DNA of 64,000 nucleotides from SAR324 cluster bacterium (GCA_015231885.1 JADGAT010000016.1:660-64659), one strand, 5' to 3'; positions 47,862 to 57,606 are shown, counted from the stretch's first letter. Notes: generated by a model from the sequence alone, not told the origin. Numbers and translations: made by a program.

Positions 47862-49117
47862 GGGGAATCCCCTTTTGAAAGTAACTGCGGAATCAAAAAG
47901 TGTTTAATGTCCTCACACAATTCGGAGAATTTTTCAGGGCTTTTCAGATCAATCGCATCGAGCCCTTCTTGCAGTTCTGCCGGTATCCTTCGCTGAAGCT
48001 CCGCAAAATCTCCGGCCCATCGGTCTTTTTTATCTTCGGAGAGAATCATCTCATCCAACGTACGAATGAGTCCTCCAATCGGATCATCTTGTTTGCCCAA
48101 TTCGTCCCAGTTGATTTCTGCACAGGTTTGAATGTTAATTTTTTCAAGCCAAACATTCAGATTGTTGGCAACAGCACGAATTTCATTAATCCAATGAGTA
48201 GGGTTCTTGCTCAATTCATGATGTGCCCGACACGATCCCGTGATCCGGAGACGTATCCCGGCAGGGAATCCATCCTCCATATTCATGATTTCTTGTATTT
48301 TTTCTTCTGCAAGCACAACAACGTCTTCGCCGTATTCCAGGTCGACTGCAGACACCTCACAATGTTTCCAGCGGAAGACATCCAGGTTCTTATGCTCAAC
48401 AGAAAGAATCTGCTGTTCTTCTACTGTGACTAATGTTGCTCCTTTGCCTCCAGTTTCCCTGATGTGCCGTCCTTGTATGTTTCCTGGAAATACAATCCAG
48501 GGGGTTTGGTGGAGAATCTCCCGTGTGTGTACATGACCCAATGCCCAATAATCATAACCTTTTTCTAACAGTTGTTCTACGCTGCAGGGTGCATAACTTT
48601 CATGCCCTTCTCGTCCGCTGGCACTGGTGTGCAGCATCCCAATGTTGAAACAATCAGGTAGAGCCTTGGGATAATGGAGAGCCAGGTTGTTTGTGATCAC
48701 GCGCTGGGAAAAGCCTTGTCCATGGATGGCAATCGAAAGATCTGGGATGGTTATGGTTTCCGGTTTCTTGTTGTTCAAGATTCGGACATTGGCAGGCAAA
48801 CTTAGATTTTTGGACACCTGGCTGGCCGCGTCATGGTTTCCCGAGATGATAAATACCAGGATATCAGCAGCCTGGAGTTTGGACATCATCTTTACAAAAA
48901 ACAGTCCTGTATTATAATCTTTCCAATCGCCATCATAAATATCCCCTGCAATCAATACAAACTGGACCTTCTCTGTGATGGCCAGCTGTACCATATTTTC
49001 CAATGCTCGACGTGTTGCCAGGCGGATTTCTTCCACAGGGGCCCCCTCATAACGCTCCAGTCCCCGCAATGGACTGTCCAGGTGAATATCAGCAGCATGT
49101 ATAAACTGAATCATTTG
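47858..49117 (-). CDS. sbcD: SbcD/YhaO-like calcineurin-type metallophosphoesterase nuclease
   Basis: 'FIHAADIHLD' motif I and 'GNHD' motif. Overlaps the ATPase gene by 4 nt. Start taken at the internal MIQFIH, because the 41 codons upstream are an unlikely His/Arg-rich extension. Confidence 0.75.
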   Translation of the reverse strand, partial: QMIQFIHAADIHLDSPLRGLERYEGAPVEEIRLATRRALENMVQLAITEKVQFVLIAGDIYDGDWKDYNTGLFFVKMMSKLQAADILVFIISGNHDAASQVSKNLSLPANVRILNNKKPETITIPDLSIAIHGQGFSQRVITNNLALHYPKALPDCFNIGMLHTSASGREGHESYAPCSVEQLLEKGYDYWALGHVHTREILHQTPWIVFPGNIQGRHIRETGGKGATLVTVEEQQILSVEHKNLDVFRWKHCEVSAVDLEYGEDVVVLAEEKIQEIMNMEDGFPAGIRLRITGSCRAHHELSKNPTHWINEIRAVANNLNVWLEKINIQTCAEINWDELGKQDDPIGGLIRTLDEMILSEDKKDRWAGDFAELQRRIPAELQEGLDAIDLKSPEKFSELCEDIKHFLIPQLLSKGDSP

Positions 49118-49139
49118 ATGGCCTTTACCCTGGTTGGAA

Positions 49140-49328
49140 TTATTTAGCAGGCAGTGCGGGTTTAATTGAAGATCCTCGTTCAGGTGACAACAAGGATGAC
49201 GTTTGCGATGGTGCCTTCTGTGGCGCTTCTTGATCGGCATGAAAGTAGAGATCCAATAAATGAACTACCAGTAATATCGCACCAATGACGGCAAAGCTGA
49301 TTAAGTAATTTCTTAAGATACGCGGCAT
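49140..49328 (-). CDS. Possible small single-TM membrane protein
   Basis: 62-aa ORF with one hydrophobic helix, packed between the Hsp20 and nuclease genes. Weak support. Confidence 0.3.
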   Translation of the reverse strand: MPRILRNYLISFAVIGAILLVVHLLDLYFHADQEAPQKAPSQTSSLLSPERGSSIKPALPAK

Positions 49329-49339
49329 AATTTTTTATC

Positions 49340-49765
49340 TTAACTTTCTGCAGATTCCAGGTGGAGTTTCAAATGCAGAATCCCATGATGTAATTCTGGA
49401 GTTTCATGGCTGAGTATTTGCTGTGACGGAATGGTGAACATGTAATCAAAAATACCATATTTACGATTTTGTACAAGATATGCCTCGTCAGGCAATAGTT
49501 GCATCTTATGAACTTTTCCAGTAATTTTCAAGGATTTCGGGGCCAATTCTACCTCGATATCTTCTTCAACCACACCTGGTAATTCTAATTCCATATGAAG
49601 AATACCATCAAGTATATAAAGATCATATATGGGTTCCAACGTAATATTTCCTGTATGCACCATTCCTGTAGCAAGCTGGTGTGAACGCTTGTGAATTTCT
49701 AATAAATCATTTTCCATTTTTTGCTGGTATTGCAATAAGGGCTCTAACATTTTTTCAGTAGTCAT
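49340..49765 (-). CDS. Hsp20 / alpha-crystallin family small heat-shock protein
   Basis: ACD-domain pattern 'LELPGVVEEDIEVEL...LKITG'. 141 aa. Confidence 0.7.
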   Translation of the reverse strand: MTTEKMLEPLLQYQQKMENDLLEIHKRSHQLATGMVHTGNITLEPIYDLYILDGILHMELELPGVVEEDIEVELAPKSLKITGKVHKMQLLPDEAYLVQNRKYGIFDYMFTIPSQQILSHETPELHHGILHLKLHLESAES

Positions 49766-49814
49766 AAGTAATCCTATATTTGATTGAGAAATAAGATGGA
49801 AGAATGGGTGTGAC

Positions 49815-50987
49815 TCAGGCTTCTACCTGATTTGTTGATGAGTCTGCTTTTTCATGTACAGGAGAGTCCGCTATTTCCTTCAAACGCAAAATCAGTTTAT
49901 GCAGCTTGAGATGTTCCAAATCAGTTAAATGAAAAAATTGCAAATGGAGCCGATGGCGTCCTTGTTCTGAGGTAATAGATAATATCTGAGCTTGCAATTC
50001 ATCTCTTGCTGATATTCCTGGAATTTCAAACATGACAATATCCTGCTCCCAAAAAGTGCCTTGTGGACTGCTTGTGATGAAGTGCATCCCCCCCTGACTG
50101 ATGTTGGTGATTATTCCTCCCAATGAAGGAAATTGACGATCTTCTTTGAGCTGATGCAGTTCTCTCCGGTTTAGGTGCAAATGTCGGTCAGACAACTGGT
50201 AAAGCCTCGTTGGTAACTTCACGGGAATGCGTTCGTATTCTCGTTCTATAATTTTTTTAACATCGCTGGTATGCGACAGTACCAGCAGTGGATTCTCTCC
50301 ATAGACTTGCTTGACCAATGGGGCCTTGAATTCATAAGTTCCATCTTTTCTCCTGGCTTTACAAAGAATAGAAGGAAATTGCTCCAGACTGACAGGCCTG
50401 CGTTTGCTGGTTGGTGGTTTGAGATAAAAGTATTGTTCGGATATATTGGCAACGGGAGAAATGAATAAAATCTGTTTATGGCCCACCTGAACAGAACACT
50501 CCAGGGTGGTTTTCATCATCAACATCTGTGTGCAGACAAAGGGTACTTTGCTATTGTTGTAATGAAACCCAAGTTTGTGTCGTAAATTCAAGACTTGAGG
50601 CAGTTCTTTGGCAAGTGCCTCGGTTTGTTTAAAATGAGAGACATGTGCTTCAAACTTACGAATGGATTCGATAATGGCGTAGTTGTCACGAAATGTGGAG
50701 GATCCTGAAATTTTTTTTAACAGGTGATACTCATGCGGGGTCAATTCTAAATTGGCAACCAGCGTTTGGAAAGCAAGTTTTTCTTTTTCCTGATAATCAT
50801 TTTTCAGTAATGAGGTTTTTTTATCTTTCTCTTTCTGTAAGTAATTTCGTAAATGCATGATTGCAAAAGCAACCAGGATAAAAAAAATAGAATATACGAC
50901 AATTTCTTCTGCCAGCGAAACCTGCTTGAAGTAATCGATCTTCAAGACTTTTAAAATTTCTGCAGCGCTATGTTGCTCGGTTTCCAA
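49815..50987 (-). CDS. Membrane-anchored PilZ-domain (c-di-GMP-binding) protein
   Basis: N-terminal TM helix. C-terminal PilZ motifs 'REYERIP' (RxxxR) and 'ITNISQGG' (D/NxSxGG). Confidence 0.7.
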   Translation of the reverse strand: METEQHSAAEILKVLKIDYFKQVSLAEEIVVYSIFFILVAFAIMHLRNYLQKEKDKKTSLLKNDYQEKEKLAFQTLVANLELTPHEYHLLKKISGSSTFRDNYAIIESIRKFEAHVSHFKQTEALAKELPQVLNLRHKLGFHYNNSKVPFVCTQMLMMKTTLECSVQVGHKQILFISPVANISEQYFYLKPPTSKRRPVSLEQFPSILCKARRKDGTYEFKAPLVKQVYGENPLLVLSHTSDVKKIIEREYERIPVKLPTRLYQLSDRHLHLNRRELHQLKEDRQFPSLGGIITNISQGGMHFITSSPQGTFWEQDIVMFEIPGISARDELQAQILSITSEQGRHRLHLQFFHLTDLEHLKLHKLILRLKEIADSPVHEKADSSTNQVEA

Positions 50988-51221
50988 GTTTTGCCTCGCC
51001 TGTATTTTAAAAATTTATCTGATGATTGATATTAAAACACATATTATACCAAAGTCCAATCTTCCTGAAAATGATTTTCTCAAAATACCATATTCCCTAC
51101 GGACTCTCTTTGTTTCTATTTTGTTCAAAAAGAATTCCACTTCTTTCTTGCACGATTGCTGCAATATCATTAGCATTTGCATAACAACAGACCACACATC
51201 ATCAAAAGAAGGAAATTTACT

Positions 51222-51764
51222 ATGGAGTTACGAAAGCATGAAAGGCATAAACATCGGTTTTCCACAGAGATTAAGATCAGTGGAAAAGAGGGATCTGGGC
51301 ATATTGTGGACTGGTCGGCAAAAGGAATTCAGGTATTTTCTACCATCCTGCCTAAACCTGATATATCTTACCGTGTCTGCTTTTGCATAGAAAAAAACCT
51401 TTTTGGAGATCATTCCGAATTTGTTGATCAAATGTGGGTATACAAAGGCGTTATTGTTTGGATCACTCCGTACGAAGATGGAAGTAAAATTGGAATTAAT
51501 TTTGAGGAAGAACTCCATTTCCCCGTCAATCAATTAAAAGATTATTTCACCACAGAAGATCACGGTATTATAACTATTTTTCCTGAAAAAAAAGAAACAC
51601 AACCAGAAAGAGAAGGGGAAAAAGAGGATCTGTCTTCGGGGAATCAGGTTTTTGCTAACGATACAACCATTTTTTCTGTCAAATCCTACACGAATATGCA
51701 ATGGACACTGTGGGGTGCTTTGATTGTCTTAGAAATGATGTTGATTGGTCTTTTCATCAGATGA
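51222..51764 (+). CDS. PilZ-domain protein with a C-terminal TM helix
   Basis: 'RKHERHKHRF' followed by 'VDWSAKGIQ' match PilZ motifs. AAGGAA RBS lies 7 nt upstream of the Met at 51222. Confidence 0.6.
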   Translation: MELRKHERHKHRFSTEIKISGKEGSGHIVDWSAKGIQVFSTILPKPDISYRVCFCIEKNLFGDHSEFVDQMWVYKGVIVWITPYEDGSKIGINFEEELHFPVNQLKDYFTTEDHGIITIFPEKKETQPEREGEKEDLSSGNQVFANDTTIFSVKSYTNMQWTLWGALIVLEMMLIGLFIR

Positions 51765-51778
51765 ACAATCTGTCAAAT

Positions 51779-52315
51779 TTACTTGTTACGTTTAGTATAG
51801 GGAATGATTCCATTGCCTCCAAATGATTCCAGCTTATCGCACTCATCCTTATAACATCTATTCTCAGGATCTTCCCGCGTTCTTATTGTTGAATTGGGAC
51901 CATAGTCTGCAAACCGCTCACACTCCTCACCAATACAACGTTCCTTATAAGTAAATGCTCCCTGCATCGGTTTGTAATGAGGGGTTCGTCCAAATTCTGT
52001 CAGTTGATCACAATCGGAACCGTAACACCGTTCCAGGCTGTCTATTTTAAAAGGAGTTTTGTATTGATTGGGGCCAAATTCATTCAAAAATGCGCAACTT
52101 TCTTTAGAAGCACATTTTTCCCAAAGAATATATTTGGGTTTGGTTTGCAGGGCAGAATCCCATAATTTTCTGGAAAATTTGGTTTGATCGTCCCACACCT
52201 TATTTTGCTGCCCGGGTTTCCCTCCAGAACATCCAAGCAGCAAAACTAGCAGCAAAACAGTTAAAAAAAAGTTGGTAATAGAAGCGTGTTTGCTTATTTT
52301 GTTAAGGCTTTTCAT
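51779..52315 (-). CDS. Lipoprotein with four Cys-rich ~24-aa repeats (E-[RK]-C-x-[GS]-x-[ED]-C-[DE]-x-[LF]-x-[EDN]-[FY]-G)
   Basis: Lipobox 'LLLGCSGG'. Repeats EKCASKESCAFLNEFG, ERCYGSDCDQLTEFG, ERCIGEECERFADYG and NRCYKDECDKLESFG. Confidence 0.55.
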   Translation of the reverse strand: MKSLNKISKHASITNFFLTVLLLVLLLGCSGGKPGQQNKVWDDQTKFSRKLWDSALQTKPKYILWEKCASKESCAFLNEFGPNQYKTPFKIDSLERCYGSDCDQLTEFGRTPHYKPMQGAFTYKERCIGEECERFADYGPNSTIRTREDPENRCYKDECDKLESFGGNGIIPYTKRNK

Positions 52316-52389
52316 TTTGTATTCCTTTGGCAAATTGAAATGTGTTTACCTAAGAAATGCAAGATGGATTCCTGCAAGCACTCCAAACT

Positions 52390-53367
52390 TTACTCTTCTA
52401 CACCTACAACAAAAGCCCCACGAAAATTCTTATCTTTTTTCAGCAAAGTCCGTTGTAGCTGAACAGCCTCCTGTCGATTTTTAAAACCTCCAGATCTCAT
52501 TTTGGAGTAGCGTACCATTTGTTCTGCACGCTTTGCCTCAAACACCAGCTGTTTGGCATAGAGCTGGTTCAAATAAACTTTCACACGTGCAGCCGTATCC
52601 AAGTCTGGAAACAGACCCAAAGAAACACGATATTGGCTTCCTGCACGTTTACGGTGCGCTTCTCCGGGGAGTTGATTTTCCTGATTGATGCGATCCACCC
52701 ATCTGGCAGCTTCTTCTTCTCCCACGACTTGACGTGAAATTACTTCCGTCATGGGGGTTTTTTCTTCTTGGACAACAACCTTACTTTTGTATCCATAACG
52801 CTTCATTAAATATCGAAAATCATCCACACATTCTTTATAAATACAGTTGGCTACCTGTACATAATAAACCAGTTCCTTTGGCTTCGGAGGAGGAGGAGGG
52901 GGGGGCAGTGTCGTTGTTGTCGTAACAATTGTAGTGGCAGGAGGCAATGTTGTCCTTGGCAAAGTAGACACAGGAACAGTGGTTGGTGGTGGAGGTGGTA
53001 GTTCTTCAGGCTGTGCTAAAAACCACCAGACACCAATGGTAATAGCAGCCAGCACCATACCGACAACAGCCGCAATAATAGCGGGAATCAAGATAGGCTT
53101 CTTTTCTTTCGGTTCTTCCGGTTCGTCTTCTGGTTCTTCCGGTTCGTCTTCTGGTTCTTCCGGTTCGTCTTCCGGTTCGTCTTCCGGCTCGTCTTCTTTC
53201 ACTTCTAAATCATCAATGGTGGAGAGATCCTCAAAAAAAGAATCCAGTTCGCTGTCGCCATCAACGGCGCCTCCTCCATCCCCATCCATAAAATCGTCTA
53301 GCTGGTCTCCGAAATCGTCTGAACCGAAATCATCCAAACCTTCCATATCCATATCGTCGTCTGCCAT
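52390..53367 (-). CDS. SPOR-domain protein with an acidic (EPEDEPE)n N-terminal region, one TM helix and a Pro/Thr-rich linker
   Basis: N-terminus rich in D/E. 'EDEPEEPEDEPEEPEDEPEEP' repeats. TM 'ILIPAIIAAVVGMVLAAITIGVWWF'. PPPPTT linker. Two C-terminal SPOR-like repeats (YYVQVA..., YRVSLGLFPD...). Confidence 0.65.
   Translation of the reverse strand: MADDDMDMEGLDDFGSDDFGDQLDDFMDGDGGGAVDGDSELDSFFEDLSTIDDLEVKEDEPEDEPEDEPEEPEDEPEEPEDEPEEPKEKKPILIPAIIAAVVGMVLAAITIGVWWFLAQPEELPPPPPTTVPVSTLPRTTLPPATTIVTTTTTLPPPPPPPKPKELVYYVQVANCIYKECVDDFRYLMKRYGYKSKVVVQEEKTPMTEVISRQVVGEEEAARWVDRINQENQLPGEAHRKRAGSQYRVSLGLFPDLDTAARVKVYLNQLYAKQLVFEAKRAEQMVRYSKMRSGGFKNRQEAVQLQRTLLKKDKNFRGAFVVGVEE
53111..53197. repeat. 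Tandem DNA repeat (21-bp units GGTTCTTCCGGTTCGTCTTCT, then 12-bp GGTTCGTCTTCC-like subunits) encoding the acidic EPEDEPE repeats
   Basis: Three near-perfect 21-bp units followed by degenerate 12-bp units, read directly from the sequence. Confidence 0.8.
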
Positions 53368-53618
53368 GTTTCCTTTCCCTGATTAGATTTGAATCAATTC
53401 ATAAATTTCATACAGACTGTCTGCCATGCTAAGGAATGCTCAAACAACAACTTACCAAATCGACGTGTCTTTTCAACGATCTTCTGAGTTGCTTTATCGG
53501 TTACATAGCAAGCGATGCGCCCAATAAATTTGGCCTTTAAACCATTGGCCTGCTATTCTACATGCTAAAAGTATACCGCATTTGGGTAAATTCCGATTTC
53601 TCAACGCAAATCGGTGAC

Positions 53619-54404
53619 TCATTTTGGATTACTGTAAGGAGAGTTACAGTAAAGAACATCCCCTGAAATATGCGTATGAAGTTTTCCGGTATTCTCACGT
53701 ATTAACAAATAGCCAGAGGATGTCAAGCCTTCTACAACACCAGTGGCCCAACCGTCTCTAGTCTCGTATTGCACAGCAGCTGCCATTGCATTGGAATGAG
53801 AAAGCCATTCTTGCATGAGTTCTGATTTGCGATGAGACATGAACTCGTCCAACACGTTGCCCAACTGTATCAATACCTCTTGAAAAACGATATTGGGTTT
53901 AATGGGTTGTGAAGATTCCTGCTCAAGCGTTGTCAAGGTATGCAGCAGATCCTCAGGGTAATCCGATGCTGAACCTTTGCAGTTGATTCCAATTCCAATG
54001 ACCAATACAGGGTGTCTCATTTCTGGTAAGGTTGCGACCTCCAGCAAAATTCCACATATTTTCCTATTTCCCACCAGAACATCATTGGGCCATTTCAACC
54101 TTGGCAACACACGAGTATAGGGCGATAACGCACGAAACACGGAAATTCCTGTCAATAACGAATAAATGCCTAAATCTTCCAGAGGAGGTGTAGAGTGTAC
54201 CACAACAGAAAATGTTATATTTTTTCCTGGCAGAGAGACAAATTTTCTTTCGGCACGCCCTCGTCCTCCTGTTTGTGCATGTGCTGTGACAACGGTCCCA
54301 TGTTGTTTCAAGTACTCCTTGTTTCGCAATAAGAAGGAATTGGTAGAGGGAATTTCATCCAAACGAATGATGTGATGACCAATTTTATTTGAGAAGTCAA
54401 CCAT
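53619..54404 (-). CDS. birA: Biotin--[acetyl-CoA-carboxylase] ligase (class I, no N-terminal HTH)
   Basis: 'QTGGRGRAERKFVS' GRGRxGR biotin-binding loop. 261 aa, with no DNA-binding domain. Confidence 0.85.
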   Translation of the reverse strand: MVDFSNKIGHHIIRLDEIPSTNSFLLRNKEYLKQHGTVVTAHAQTGGRGRAERKFVSLPGKNITFSVVVHSTPPLEDLGIYSLLTGISVFRALSPYTRVLPRLKWPNDVLVGNRKICGILLEVATLPEMRHPVLVIGIGINCKGSASDYPEDLLHTLTTLEQESSQPIKPNIVFQEVLIQLGNVLDEFMSHRKSELMQEWLSHSNAMAAAVQYETRDGWATGVVEGLTSSGYLLIRENTGKLHTHISGDVLYCNSPYSNPK

Positions 54405-54422
54405 TGCAAATCCGCAAAAAAT

Positions 54423-55679
54423 TCAACGTAATATAAAATCTTTAATCACAGCATTACCTGTGGCCTCCCCTGATGCATTTCGGGGAATGAATACAATCGC
54501 CTGTATTTCTGACTGAATATGGTCTACTTCTGCTACCAACCGAATTTCATACCACTGATTATGGTATATAAAAAAATCACTATAGTTTCGTCCAACATCA
54601 ACAGAGGACAGGACACTTCCTAAAGAACGTTGAGTGTAAACTACTCGAGTGCCGTCTTCATCAAACTGGATTAACGCATCGGCAACCTCCTCGGCATGGT
54701 CCACATAAGCTTGCAGGTGGGTTTTGTTTTCGGGAGGACCTCCGAGTTCTCCATAATATTCTGAATTTTGTTCAAACCGTCTCAAAAAAGTAACAATTTC
54801 TTCTTTGTTTGCCAGATTGACATTCAAACGGGACTCAAATTCTCCTGTCCCCGGATCCACGCCAACCGGATGCACCGTGAAATGTTTTTTCCATTCTTCA
54901 TAAGGAATTCCGCTTTCTTTGATTCCATCAATCAGACGAATCTCCGTCAAACGATCCAGGCGCCTGTTTTTGATGAGCAGCTCTGTATTTACCTCAAATT
55001 CCGTATAAGCTCCATCTTCGGCACCTGTTACTCCGGCTTCATTGGAATAGGGACGTCCATCATCTTTGGTATCCATCCAATCAAAAATAGCAGCATACAG
55101 CCGGGTTGCTTCTCCCAGTTCCAAAAAACGAAATTCTGCTGGAGCATCCTCCATCTCCATTCCTTCTTGTTCAATTTTAATAGGAATTTGAGAAATAAGG
55201 TTAACAAATTGATTGAAAATTATTCGGTCGTTGGGAGAATCGGGCACGCGGGTTCCCTGTTTACTCTGGATACGATTGAGATTGAAAAGGTGGTCAATGG
55301 GACGAACATAGGGAGTAAAAATGACTGCACTTTCAAAATCAGGAATGGAGCCTTCCGGCAGAGCAATCAGGAGTTTGGGAGGATTCAGGATGGATAATTT
55401 TTGATCACCTCCAGTCAAACTTTCGGTGGTTTGATAGATTTGTTTCAGGTATTCAAAAAAGTCGGTTTCATTGATGGAAATTGCTACGAGCATGGCCTTG
55501 AACATGGACTTGACAACAGTCTGTGACACAAAGGAAGATTTGAAATTTTCAATAGCACGGATTTCTAAAGCCGTCTCAAAGAAAAATTCTGTCATGAAGA
55601 TGGTGACCAGTGATAAAATCACCATTGTCAAGAGTAAGGCAATTCCAGAATATCGGTTTTGTTTGAGGAGGAGCTGCAT
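54423..55679 (-). CDS. gspK: Type II secretion / type IV pilus minor pseudopilin GspK-like protein
   Basis: N-terminal 'GIALLLTMVILSLVTIFM' prepilin-like hydrophobic segment. GspK-like length, 418 aa. Confidence 0.55.
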   Translation of the reverse strand: MQLLLKQNRYSGIALLLTMVILSLVTIFMTEFFFETALEIRAIENFKSSFVSQTVVKSMFKAMLVAISINETDFFEYLKQIYQTTESLTGGDQKLSILNPPKLLIALPEGSIPDFESAVIFTPYVRPIDHLFNLNRIQSKQGTRVPDSPNDRIIFNQFVNLISQIPIKIEQEGMEMEDAPAEFRFLELGEATRLYAAIFDWMDTKDDGRPYSNEAGVTGAEDGAYTEFEVNTELLIKNRRLDRLTEIRLIDGIKESGIPYEEWKKHFTVHPVGVDPGTGEFESRLNVNLANKEEIVTFLRRFEQNSEYYGELGGPPENKTHLQAYVDHAEEVADALIQFDEDGTRVVYTQRSLGSVLSSVDVGRNYSDFFIYHNQWYEIRLVAEVDHIQSEIQAIVFIPRNASGEATGNAVIKDFILR

Positions 55680-55719
55680 AGTCTGAAGCGTACTGGATAG
55701 ATTTTCTAACAGAAATTCG

Positions 55720-56292
55720 TTATGTTTCTACGATTTGGTATACTTCCACTCTCGATAAGAAATCATGAAACCCCCTGTTTTTTGGAGAAACAAGAAGAAG
55801 TAAAAAAAGCCATCCTCCTGTGATCCATGTAATCCAAATTCCGGCTTCACGAACAAGGTTGGAGAAAAAACCGGGAATTTTTTCTATATCCTCTCTGCTT
55901 TGTTGCAGCACAACGATTTGACATAATTTTTTCCCAGGGGTTTGACCACTCAAACTTTGGAAAATCACAAAATAGCCCAGGAATAAAATAGCTCCCGTCC
56001 ATACTGAATAGGTCACTTGAGACACACTGGCGATGCCATACCGAAACCACTCCAGTCCTTCTATGAAAGAACCTTGTGTTATCCAGTCGATCAGGCATGC
56101 AATGATACCAATAATGGTATAATCGAGCAACCGTGCTAAAAGGCGGGAACCTAATGAAGCATACTCACCTTTGTGTATGGAGTGGATTTGAGTGGGAGCC
56201 GACAGCAGTGACAATCCGCAAATTGGGCAAAATAATATAGCCTTCTGTTGAGGAATCTTGTTTTGACAATGAGGGCAAGTATTTTTTTTCAT
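55720..56292 (-). CDS. RDD-family membrane protein with an N-terminal zinc ribbon
   Basis: '[21 protein letters not shown]' zinc ribbon. '[14 protein letters not shown]' RDD domain. Confidence 0.7.
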   Translation of the reverse strand: MKKNTCPHCQNKIPQQKAILFCPICGLSLLSAPTQIHSIHKGEYASLGSRLLARLLDYTIIGIIACLIDWITQGSFIEGLEWFRYGIASVSQVTYSVWTGAILFLGYFVIFQSLSGQTPGKKLCQIVVLQQSREDIEKIPGFFSNLVREAGIWITWITGGWLFLLLLVSPKNRGFHDFLSRVEVYQIVET

Positions 56293-57578
56293 GAGGAGGA
56301 TATTCTGCTAATATTTGCGCCCAGTGTGTTCAACCGTACATCGATTTGTTCATAGCCACGGTCGATTTGCTGAATATTTTGAATAACACTGGTACCTCGG
56401 GCACCCATCGCCGCAATGAGTAAGGACATTCCTGCACGAATATCAGGGGAAATTAATGTTGTCCCGGTGAGAGGAGCTGGGCCCGTTACCACGGCACGAT
56501 GCGGGTCACAGAGAATAATTTTTGCTCCCATGCTGATGAGTTTATCAACCCAAAACAAGCGGCTTTCAAACATCTTTTCAAAAACAAGGATGGTACCCTC
56601 ACATTGAGTAGCCACCACGGTCATGATGCTCACTAAATCGGCAGGGAATCCAGGCCAGGGAGCATCATCAATTTTTGGAACTCCCTGGAAAGGTTCCGAA
56701 GCAATTTGCATTTTTTGTTCTTTTTTTATCAAAAGATCCTCTCCTTGAATCACAGTGGTCACTCCCAGCTTTTCAAACATCATACGGATCATGCGTAAAT
56801 GAGGTAGGCCTGCCTTTTGAATCAGTAATTCGCTCTTTGTGACAGCGGCCAGTCCAATAAATGAACCGACTTCAATGTGATCAGGCTGAATCGTATACTC
56901 ACAACCATGGAGGGAGGCAACCCCTTCTATGACAATAATGTTGCTGCCAATTCCACTGATTTTTGCCCCCATTGCATTCAAAAAACAACACAATCCCTGC
57001 ACATGAGGTTCACTGGCAGCATTATGAATAATTGTACAACCCTCGGCCAATGCAGCAGCCATGACGGCGTTTTCAGTTGCCATCACACTGGCTTCGTCCA
57101 AGTAAATGTCGGCTCCTCTCAAACCATTGGTCTGCATGAAGTAATTTCCTTCAGGACTCAGTTCAATTTGTGCACCGAGATGCTGCAATGCCTGTAAATG
57201 AGTACGAACCGGACGTACTCCAATTTTATCACCTCCCGGGGCAGGAAGATGTATCGAGCCATGGCGCGCCAACATGGGGCCTGCCAGCAAAAAAGATCCT
57301 CGAATCAAAGAAGCTTTCTGGAATGACGGCATATCCGTTGAGATCGATTGTGCCTGCAAGCGAAACGTATGGGGTTCCAGGTTGACGATTTCTACCCCAA
57401 CACTTTGCAGCAAATCCCGCATGTTTTGAATGTCCAGAATCTCCGGAACGTTTTTAAGGACAATAGGCTCTTCTGTCAAAAGCACGGCGGCGAGTGCCGG
57501 CAAAGCTTCGTTTTTATTACCTGATGGTAAAATTGTACCAGAAAGCGGGGTGCCACCTTTTACAATAAATTGATCCAC
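56289..57578 (-). CDS. murA: UDP-N-acetylglucosamine 1-carboxyvinyltransferase (MurA), with Asp at the fosfomycin-target position
   Basis: Collinear with E. coli MurA. The active-site loop '[14 protein letters not shown]' aligns with E. coli 'LPGGCTIGARPV'. Asp117 replaces Cys115. Confidence 0.9.
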   Translation of the reverse strand: MDQFIVKGGTPLSGTILPSGNKNEALPALAAVLLTEEPIVLKNVPEILDIQNMRDLLQSVGVEIVNLEPHTFRLQAQSISTDMPSFQKASLIRGSFLLAGPMLARHGSIHLPAPGGDKIGVRPVRTHLQALQHLGAQIELSPEGNYFMQTNGLRGADIYLDEASVMATENAVMAAALAEGCTIIHNAASEPHVQGLCCFLNAMGAKISGIGSNIIVIEGVASLHGCEYTIQPDHIEVGSFIGLAAVTKSELLIQKAGLPHLRMIRMMFEKLGVTTVIQGEDLLIKKEQKMQIASEPFQGVPKIDDAPWPGFPADLVSIMTVVATQCEGTILVFEKMFESRLFWVDKLISMGAKIILCDPHRAVVTGPAPLTGTTLISPDIRAGMSLLIAAMGARGTSVIQNIQQIDRGYEQIDVRLNTLGANISRISSS

Positions 57579-57606
57579 GTTATTATATAAGGATAAAGGA
57601 AGATGC

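Noticed and set aside
44343-49117. Calling the ATPase–nuclease pair a named anti-phage defence system
   Set aside because: The architecture and gene order are those of ordinary SbcD-SbcC/YhaO-YhaN repair operons. There is no extra effector or specificity gene, so a defence role is not supported from sequence.
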